From IMG/VR virus record IMGVR_UViG_3300031998_000018: 64,000 nt of DNA. One strand, given 5' to 3'. The notes below the pieces were generated by a model. The model made no database searches. It saw only the letters and a list, made by a program, of their open reading frames with translations, and had not been told where the DNA came from. Below are positions 1 through 6,431 of this stretch, one piece after another. The number at the start of each line of letters is the position of its first letter. Within the stretch, counting starts at the first letter, position 1. Position numbers and translations under genes: made by a program. Source of the DNA: an uncultured virus (IMG/VR IMGVR_UViG_3300031998_000018). Taxonomy: Duplodnaviria; Heunggongvirae; Uroviricota; Caudoviricetes.

Positions 1-16
1 TTTCTAAAACGATCAT
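1..16 (-). CDS. Start of a gene running off the left edge (MIVLE...)
   Basis: ATG at 16 after a GAGAGG RBS and consensus promoter 45-73, same layout as other array units. Confidence 0.55.
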
Positions 17-130
17 TTTTATTGCCTCTCTTTCTTACGAGTATATTATATCACGATAGACCGATTTTGTCAACGAAAAAATTGTAAACAATTTATGAAC
101 GCGCCCGGGCCTTCGCCCTTGGCGGTCTGC

Positions 131-775
131 TCACCAGAGCAGACCGTCAATTTCGGGGTTTACCGACCGACAGAAGGCGAAAATTTTTGCTTCAATCAGC
201 ACATCTTCAAGTCCTGTGTGGCTCTCGACAAATTCGGTGTTGCCTGTGAGCCACCGATAAATCACCTCGGCAGTGTATCTTGGCGTGCCGTTCTTGCAGA
301 CAAAACCGTTTTTCTCGCAGAAGCCGCGGTAGTTCTCGCTGCCCTTGAGCACTTCGCGCGCCATTTTCAGCGTGTCAAGGATTTTTGTGCCGAAGGGGAA
401 GAAGTAGCGATACTTCGAGGAGGTCAGCAGACGCTGGGTGTAGTTAGTTGACTTGTAGTCAAACCGCGCGTTGTGGGCGACAACGTAGGTTATGCCGTAG
501 CGCGCCATTACATCACGCACCGCCTTGCGGATCGTCGAGTGACGTGCGAGCCTGCGAGTGCCGGCTTTTATGTCAGCCCAATACTGCGGGATTTTGTCGC
601 AAAAGTAGGCGGTTGACATCATCTCTGTATCGAGAAAAATGTCAGCGTTCACAAAGGAAGCCGTTTCGTAGACTTCGCCTTTGCAGTCGACGACGGCGTA
701 GCCGAGGTCGTAGTAAAAGGGGTCTTCGATTGTGTTGGCGGTTTCGGTGTCGAGCATCAGGAACAGTTCTGTCAT
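131..775 (-). CDS. DEDDh 3'-5' exonuclease (DnaQ-like)
   Basis: LDTET, AHNARFD and HTGLED Exo motifs; own promoter and RBS. Confidence 0.85.
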   Translation of the reverse strand: MTELFLMLDTETANTIEDPFYYDLGYAVVDCKGEVYETASFVNADIFLDTEMMSTAYFCDKIPQYWADIKAGTRRLARHSTIRKAVRDVMARYGITYVVAHNARFDYKSTNYTQRLLTSSKYRYFFPFGTKILDTLKMAREVLKGSENYRGFCEKNGFVCKNGTPRYTAEVIYRWLTGNTEFVESHTGLEDVLIEAKIFAFCRSVNPEIDGLLW

Positions 776-957
776 TAGGGGTTACCTCTCTTTCGTTTAC
801 GGCTATATTATACACCTGTTTTAGGAATTTGTCAACACTTTTTTATTCGTCAATTTCAACAAAAATAACTAAAACTTCCGGCTAGATCTTGTGCAAAATG
901 ACGGGCGCCCGGGCCGGCGCCTTTGTGCAAAATGCACAAAGGCTTCCGGCGGTTGGC

Positions 958-1302
958 TCAAAGGACGGCTTCGTAAGCCTTGACCGTCCCCTTGCCCTTG
1001 ACCTTGAGGTCAAGCGCCTTGAGCTTGCCTGCCTCGACAAGCTGCCGGCAGAGAGCCGACACCTTCTGCGTTGACACGCCGCAGGCGGAGGCAATCTCGG
1101 CGGCGGTCAGCGAGCCGACACCGATGGCGGCGACGATAGCGTCCTTGACACCCTCGTTGGCGAGCTGCGCCTTCGAAGGCGTGTTGCGCCTCTTGGCGTT
1201 GCGCGCGTCGAGCTTCTCAAGCTCGCTGGAGGCGAAGGCGACGACCTCGGCATTGTCGGCGAGGCTGGCGGAAACGGTGGACAGGAATTCGCGGTAAGTC
1301 AT
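958..1302 (-). CDS. Winged-helix DNA-binding protein (paralogue of 2834..3178)
   Basis: LTAAEIASACGVSTQKVSALCRQLVEAG HTH followed by a basic wing. Confidence 0.8.
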   Translation of the reverse strand: MTYREFLSTVSASLADNAEVVAFASSELEKLDARNAKRRNTPSKAQLANEGVKDAIVAAIGVGSLTAAEIASACGVSTQKVSALCRQLVEAGKLKALDLKVKGKGTVKAYEAVL

Positions 1303-1539
1303 AGTAGACCTCTTTCTCCCACACTCACGCAGTGGGCGCGTATGTTGGGCGGTTAGCGCCTCGGCGCTTCCTCTCCCCTCTTGACAAGAATATTATATCA
1401 CAGTTTTCAGAAAATGTCAACAACTTTTTCTGGAAAAATTACTTTCGTCGATCTGCACAAAAAGCCGGATCTCGCCGGAACCCAATTTGTGCAAAATGAC
1501 GGGCGCCCGGGCGTGGTTAGCCTCGGCTAACTCGCCCGC

Positions 1540-1569
1540 TAAAAAAGAGAGGGCTTGTGCCCTCCCTCT
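1540..1569 (-). terminator. Rho-independent terminator
   Basis: AGAGGGAGGGCACAAGCCCTCTC then T6, directly after the stop of 1571..1972. Confidence 0.75.
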
Positions 1570-1570
1570 G

Positions 1571-1972
1571 TCAACCGATGCCGTTTGACTTCAAACGGTA
1601 TTCAGTTGACGCCTTGGCTTCGTGTTCCGCCTTGGCTGCTGCCTTGGCTTCCCTCGCCGCCTTGTCGCGCGCTATTTTGCGCGCCTTGGCTTCTGCCGCT
1701 TCCTTCGCCTTTTCGGCTTTTTCGGCGACCTTTGCCTTGTATTCCTCGGCGACGCCGTAAGCGTCATACGGCTCACCGTCGCGTGAGCCAGTCGGCACTT
1801 TGAAGGTCAAGACGATAAACTCGTCGTTTCCCTCTTCGTCGACCACCGGCAGGGCGATCTCGTTGGAGTTGGTGAGCAGGACTTCGTCACCATTGGCGGT
1901 GAGACAGTCGGAGACGATGCGCATATACTGCGCGCGGAGAGCCTCGTGAAGGGCTTTCTTGGACTTGGGCAT
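1571..1972 (-). CDS. Hypothetical protein with Ala/Lys/Glu-rich C-terminal helix
   Basis: 133-aa ORF with own promoter, GGAGG RBS and terminator. Confidence 0.8.
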   Translation of the reverse strand: MPKSKKALHEALRAQYMRIVSDCLTANGDEVLLTNSNEIALPVVDEEGNDEFIVLTFKVPTGSRDGEPYDAYGVAEEYKAKVAEKAEKAKEAAEAKARKIARDKAAREAKAAAKAEHEAKASTEYRLKSNGIG

Positions 1973-2094
1973 TTGGATTACCTCCCTTTCGTTTACGGCT
2001 ATATTCTATCATAAATTATTGATTTTGTCAAGAAAAAAATTGTAAACAATTTGTGAATGGGATCCGGCCGGAATGTGAACTCGGCGCCCGGGCA

Positions 2095-2403
2095 TTAATC
2101 GGTAAATGTAATTGTTGACTATAATGCGAATTTTACTTGCTAGAGTAATTGAAGTGCTTCTGTTAAATATACTTCATCAGAAGGAAAGGTACAAGTTGAA
2201 AGAACGTGAGCAAGATCATTAATAAGATCATCAAGTGGAGTAATGGAATTAAATGGCTAATACTTGCGGCAGACGATGTGTCTATCATCTAGAAAGAGTT
2301 CAAGTGCATCACCCTCACGAATATGGAGTTTTTGTCTGATTTCTTTTGGGATAACAATACGTCCTAAATCATCTGTTTTGCGAACAAAGCCTGTGGTAGT
2401 CAT
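2095..2403 (-). CDS. abrB: AbrB/SpoVT-family transcription regulator (102 aa with TAG=Gln)
   Basis: MTTTGFVRKTDDLGRIVIPKEIRQKLHIREGDALELFLDDRHIVCRKY(Q)P matches the AbrB N-domain; GAGG RBS; 3 in-frame TAG; ends TAA; absent from ORF track. Confidence 0.88.
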
Positions 2404-2462
2404 TACATGTACCTCATATATTAAAATTTAATGGGAATGTGCCCGGGCACCCGTTTCGCCCT

Positions 2463-2675
2463 TTACATCAACAAAAAATGAATGTTGAGTGCCAGTAATG
2501 CCAACCCTGTGACCAATTCATTGACTTTATGGTCATAAAACCACGCACGAAATATCATAATTAGTGCATTAGATATACCAAACCATAGACCAAAATTGCC
2601 AAAAGCAATTACAAGTATGACATTAAGTAAGGTCAGAAAAGCGGATAAGTCGTTCCATTCCCATTTGATTTTCAT
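2463..2675 (-). CDS. Small membrane protein
   Basis: 70 aa, mostly hydrophobic; own promoter 2704-2732. Confidence 0.75.
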   Translation of the reverse strand: MKIKWEWNDLSAFLTLLNVILVIAFGNFGLWFGISNALIMIFRAWFYDHKVNELVTGLALLALNIHFLLM

Positions 2676-2806
2676 CTTAAATTCCCCTTTCTTTTACAAT
2701 TATATTATATCACAATTCTACTATTTTGTCAACACTTTAATTGTTAAAAAATTATGAACAACGTGCCCGGGCGCCGGTTAACCTTGGCTAACCGGCGCCC
2801 AAACAG

Positions 2807-2827
2807 AAAAGGGGATTGCTCCCCTTG
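2807..2827 (-). terminator. Rho-independent terminator
   Basis: AAGGGGA-GCAA-TCCCCTT hairpin with T tail after the stop of 2834..3178. Confidence 0.7.
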
Positions 2828-2833
2828 TCTGTG

Positions 2834-3178
2834 TCACTCCTGAACGGAGTAAGACTTGACGGAACCCTTGCCTTTCACCTTGATGTCGGTGACGGCGATC
2901 GAACCGCTCTCGACCATCTGTCTGCACAGTGCCGAGACTTTCTGCGTGGAGATGCCGAGGGCATTTGCGATCTCGCTCGCAACGGCGTTCTTGGCGTTGA
3001 GCAGGTAGGCGAGGATCTGTCCTTTGACTTCTTCGTTGGCTTTCTGCTCCTTGCTGAGTGTGTTTCTGCGCTTGTCGTTGCGAGCATCGAGTTTCTCGAT
3101 TTCGGCTTTGGCGAAAGCGTTGAGTTCGTCGTTGATGTCGGCGGCGAGGACTGAGTTGAGGAATTCGCGAGTGGTCAT
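2834..3178 (-). CDS. Winged-helix DNA-binding protein (paralogue of 958..1302)
   Basis: Shares MTxREFL, EKLDARNxKRRNT, STQKVSALCRQ and KVKGKG with 958..1302. Confidence 0.8.
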   Translation of the reverse strand: MTTREFLNSVLAADINDELNAFAKAEIEKLDARNDKRRNTLSKEQKANEEVKGQILAYLLNAKNAVASEIANALGISTQKVSALCRQMVESGSIAVTDIKVKGKGSVKSYSVQE

Positions 3179-3238
3179 AGTGTGTATTACCTTTCTGGTT
3201 TAGTCGGTTTTCCTTCCCTTGATTACGAGAATATTATA

Positions 3239-3388
3239 TCACATTTCTGTGAGTTTGTCAAGAGGTTTCTTGAATTTTTTTGAATTTTTTTCGAGTTTCT
3301 CACGTTTGGTCGGAGTCTTGCGCGTGTATGGAATGGGCGGTTTCCGGCGCGCCTTGCGTTCTTCGCGCTCTTTGTTTTTTTGCGTCAT
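3239..3388 (-). CDS. Small basic protein (49 aa)
   Basis: MTQKNKEREERKARRKPPIPYTRK...; GAGGAGG RBS after promoter 3416-3444. Confidence 0.6.
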   Translation of the reverse strand: MTQKNKEREERKARRKPPIPYTRKTPTKREKLEKNSKKFKKPLDKLTEM

Positions 3389-3540
3389 CTCTTGTTCCCT
3401 CCTCTTGACAAGAATATTATATCACAGTTTTGGGAAGAAGTCAACAGTTTTTTCTTCGTCATTTTCAACAAAAATAATCACAATTGAGTCGCCGGTTTTT
3501 GTGCAAAATGCCGGCGCCCGGGCGGACCTCCGCGTGGTCT

Positions 3541-3696
3541 TCAAAGACTCACACGGAGTTCGATTTTTAATTTTCGGCGTGCCTTGCGCCTACACTGCCT
3601 TTTCTGTTTTCCGGCATCTTTCCAATGAACAAGTGAACCGCAATTAAGATCGCGTGCGGTGTATTCTTTTACTGTTGCCTTTTTGAAGTAATCCAT
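3541..3696 (-). CDS. Small basic protein (51 aa)
   Basis: MDYFKKATVK... start after GAGAGG RBS and promoter 3724-3752. Confidence 0.7.
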   Translation of the reverse strand: MDYFKKATVKEYTARDLNCGSLVHWKDAGKQKRQCRRKARRKLKIELRVSL

Positions 3697-3931
3697 TAGT
3701 TTACCTCTCTTTCTTGTGACTACATTATACCACAAGATAAGCAATTTGTCAAGGGGTTTTTTTATTTTTTTTCGAGAAATCTTTATACCTTCTCTCGTGG
3801 AGTCGCGCGCCTCGTAAGTTCCTCGGCTTTTCTCTCCCCTTGACGAGTATATTATATCATAAATCGCTGGAAATGTCAATAGATCAAATTGTAAACATTT
3901 TATGAATGCGCCCGGGCGGCCGGTGCCGTCC

Positions 3932-4135
3932 TCAAAGGACAGCACCGTTTGCTACGACATACTCTCCGTCAATCCACTGCCAGAGAATTTCGCCAGTGAG
4001 ACCGTCAATGACGACCACTTCGTGCGCATCAAGACATTTGATGAACTGCTTGAACATGAGCCACATGTAATCTCTGTCGATTACGCAGTATTCGGACTTG
4101 GCTTCAAAGTGAGTAGAGACGCGGATTTCGAACAT
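3932..4135 (-). CDS. Hypothetical protein (67 aa)
   Basis: Own promoter 4166-4194 and GAGAGG RBS. Confidence 0.75.
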   Translation of the reverse strand: MFEIRVSTHFEAKSEYCVIDRDYMWLMFKQFIKCLDAHEVVVIDGLTGEILWQWIDGEYVVANGAVL

Positions 4136-4248
4136 TGTGTGTACCTCTCTTTCGTTTGCACTTATATTCTATCATATATTAAGTGATTTGTCAACAAGAA
4201 AATTGTAAATAAATTGTGAACAATTAGCGCCCGGGCCTCCTCGCCGCC

Positions 4249-4677
4249 TCAGACGGCGGCGAGAACCTTGAAGATTTTGTCAGGAGTGTAAGCACCCTCA
4301 CCCCATTCGTTGCGATTGTGTTCCTCGTCGTCGAACAGGATACCCTTGCCACAAGTGCTTTTCGGTGTGCCGTAGGCGACGATTTTGATTTCGTCCCAGC
4401 GCACGCTCGGCAGATGCTTCGCCAGCCATTCGCGCTTGACCTTCGCGACCGCTTCGCCGTATTCAGCGGAGCCGCTCTTTGAGAGCCACGAGATGATGCC
4501 GACCTTCGCGCCAGCGCGCTGTGCTTTGTGCAGGGCTTTCGCGAGCCTTGCCATATTGACGAGCGGGCGCGCCTCAGCGTAGGGTGCCGGATCTTCGGCT
4601 ATCAGTTTTGAAAGCCAATCGGCTACTCCGTAGAGATCCGCGATCGTGCCGTCCATATCGAAGAAAATCTGTTTCAT
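4249..4677 (-). CDS. HAD-family phosphatase, 5'(3')-deoxyribonucleotidase-like
   Basis: FFDMDGTIAD motif I and ILFDD motif IV; start reassigned downstream of promoter 4707-4735. Confidence 0.8.
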   Translation of the reverse strand: MKQIFFDMDGTIADLYGVADWLSKLIAEDPAPYAEARPLVNMARLAKALHKAQRAGAKVGIISWLSKSGSAEYGEAVAKVKREWLAKHLPSVRWDEIKIVAYGTPKSTCGKGILFDDEEHNRNEWGEGAYTPDKIFKVLAAV

Positions 4678-4796
4678 TGGTTCATTCCCCTTTCCTTTAC
4701 GGCTATATTCTATCACAAAATCGGCAGTTTGTCAACACTTTTTCGCCCGTGAATTGTAAACAATTTGTGAACTCGGCGCCCGGGCGCTCGCCGGAC

Positions 4797-4988
4797 TTAC
4801 CAAGTCCGACGACCTGTGCGCTGATACTCGCGCGACATTGCTTTATACATTTCGATACGCGCCTTGCGCGCGATTTTTTCGCGTCTGTTGCGCGCAATCG
4901 CGCTCACAACGAGATAACCGATATCGGCGAGAAAAGTCAAACCGACGACAAGACCGAAAAACGCGAGAACGACAATAATAAGTTCCAT
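4797..4988 (-). CDS. Small single-pass membrane protein (63 aa)
   Basis: Hydrophobic N-terminus MELIIVVLAFFGLVVG, basic tail; GAGG RBS; promoter 5022-5050. Confidence 0.7.
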   Translation of the reverse strand: MELIIVVLAFFGLVVGLTFLADIGYLVVSAIARNRREKIARKARIEMYKAMSREYQRTGRRTW

Positions 4989-5106
4989 AAGACAAACCTC
5001 TTTTCTTTTCTTTACAAGAATATTATACCACAATTTTATTAAAAAATCAATAAGAAAATGTAAATAGATTATGAACGGCTGGCGCCCGGGCGCTCGGCGC
5101 GAGGGC

Positions 5107-5514
5107 TCACGCCCTCTCGCCAAACCACTCGAGCATTCTCTTGCTTTCACTCAAAAGTTGGATTTTTTCGTGCCCGCCGTTCTTTTGGCTTTCTCTTGTC
5201 TTGCAACCGAACTCGGCGACAAACTCTGTCCACTCGGCTCTGTCCATTATGTAAGCCGTTCCAAAATCGGCGGTCACATAAGCATACCGATTGGCTCCGT
5301 CGAGGTCGAGGTAAGCCTGAAGGTCATACCCTTTGCAGACCGTTGCTTTCTGGCTCTTGATCTGGATGTCGAGGACGTCACCGCCAAGCGTGTGAGGCTT
5401 GTTGTCGGCTTTGGCGATTTCGCCTGTCAGCGTGAACCGCATCACCTGCTCGGCGTGCTGTCCGTTGTTCTTGTATATGCGCTCGATCGAGTTGTTCAGT
5501 TTGATGGTGGTCAT
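5107..5514 (-). CDS. Hypothetical protein, possible PD-(D/E)xK nuclease fold (paralogue of 5650..6045)
   Basis: GQHAEQ...GGDVLDIQIKS resembles an E...D...QxK motif. Confidence 0.6.
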   Translation of the reverse strand: MTTIKLNNSIERIYKNNGQHAEQVMRFTLTGEIAKADNKPHTLGGDVLDIQIKSQKATVCKGYDLQAYLDLDGANRYAYVTADFGTAYIMDRAEWTEFVAEFGCKTRESQKNGGHEKIQLLSESKRMLEWFGERA

Positions 5515-5649
5515 TGGTGTTACCTCCCTTTCGTCTACGACAATATTATATCATATCCCGAGTAATTTGTCAACACTTTTTTGAAAAATTTTTTATTTTT
5601 TTGAGAGGGCCGATCCTGGATCCGGCCGGGCCGCCCGGGCTGAGAGGGC

Positions 5650-6045
5650 TTAGGCTCTTGCGAGCCAGGCCCTCATTTTGTCGGTCTCGTGGCCGAGGCG
5701 GATCTTGACCGCTCCGCCGTTCTTGGCGCTGTCCCTCGTGGTGGTCCCGAAGGCCTTGACGAAGGCAGTGTACTCGGCTCTGCTCATCGCATAGGCGATG
5801 CCGTCCTCGGTCGCGTAGATGTAGGCGGTGCTGGCGTCCTTGTCGAGGTAGGCGTCGAGGTCGTCGCCCTTGCAGACCGTAGCGCGTGCGCTCTTGATCT
5901 GGTAGTTGAGGCAGTCAGCGCCGAGGTCGTAGCGGAGGTTATCAGCCTTGCTGACTTCGCCCGTAAGGGCGAAGCGGACGGACTGTTCGGCGTTCTGGCC
6001 GTGGTTGCGGTAGTTGTTGAGATATTCGAAACGGAAAGCGGTCAT
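5650..6045 (-). CDS. Hypothetical protein, possible PD-(D/E)xK nuclease fold (paralogue of 5107..5514)
   Basis: GQNAEQ...GADCLNYQIKS, ATVCKG, KNGG shared with neighbour; ATG 6045 after AGAGGAG. Confidence 0.6.
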   Translation of the reverse strand: MTAFRFEYLNNYRNHGQNAEQSVRFALTGEVSKADNLRYDLGADCLNYQIKSARATVCKGDDLDAYLDKDASTAYIYATEDGIAYAMSRAEYTAFVKAFGTTTRDSAKNGGAVKIRLGHETDKMRAWLARA

Positions 6046-6251
6046 CGGAAGCACTCCTCTCTTGTTCTTACGAGAATATTATACCACGGCTCGGGCAATT
6101 TGTCAACACTTTTTTGCAAAAAAGAAAAAAATTTTTTCGCGCCTGGGTGGGTCTAGGGGGTGGGTCAGGGCTCAGCATTTGCCGGCCCGGGGTAGGGTTT
6201 TGGGAAAATCGGAGGCCGAAGGCGCCCGAGGGCCGGGGCCTGGAAAATTAG

Positions 6252-6314
6252 TTCCACGAACTCAATTTTTCATTTCATGAACTCAATTTTTCATTCCACA
6301 AACCAATTTTTTCG
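6252..6314. repeat. Three tandem ~21-bp direct repeats
   Basis: ttccacgaactcaatttttca / tttcatgaactcaatttttca / ttccacaaaccaattttttcg. Confidence 0.8.
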
Positions 6315-6349
6315 TTCCCTCTCCCCATTCCACCTCCCATAACGAAAAT

Positions 6350-6378
6350 TTGATTTTTGGACGAAATTAGTGTATAAT
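6350..6378 (+). promoter_or_regulatory. sigmaA-type promoter heading the plus-strand operon
   Basis: TTGATT-17-TATAAT, then N5-TAGAAAA. Confidence 0.8.
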
Positions 6379-6431
6379 TAAGATAGAAAAATAAGGAGAA
6401 GGTGTGACTATGTACACCCTTAATATACCAT

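Larger units (their letters stand above)
103..5640. repeat. Dispersed palindrome GCCCGGGC (12 copies) separating gene units
   Basis: Copies start at 103, 907, 1505, 2086, 2441, 2765, 3516, 3910, 4229, 4778, 5084, 5633; all intergenic. Confidence 0.95.
45..6106 (-). promoter_or_regulatory. Fourteen sigmaA/sigma70-type early promoters
   Basis: -10/-35 pairs, all with 17-nt spacer, at 45-73, 807-835, 1392-1420, 2003-2031, 2704-2732, 3233-3261, 3416-3444, 3724-3752, 3851-3879, 4166-4194, 4707-4735, 5022-5050, 5545-5573, 6078-6106; 12 TTGACA, 1 TTGACT, 1 TTGATT; 11 TATAAT, 3 TAGAAT; most have an extended TG. Confidence 0.92.

Noticed and set aside
3541..5150. Long N-terminal versions of ORFs 3541..3945, 4249..4716 and 4797..5150
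   Set aside because: Extensions run through promoter and repeat DNA; RBS-supported starts are 3696, 4677 and 4988
81..5640. CRISPR array interpretation of the recurring motifs
   Set aside because: Repeats are short or degenerate and separated by 300-750 nt containing whole genes; no cas genes
95..6280. Plus-strand ORFs over the early array (e.g. 95..451, 448..885, 5071..5565)
   Set aside because: Antisense shadows of GC-rich minus-strand genes; promoters and RBSs all point to the minus strand
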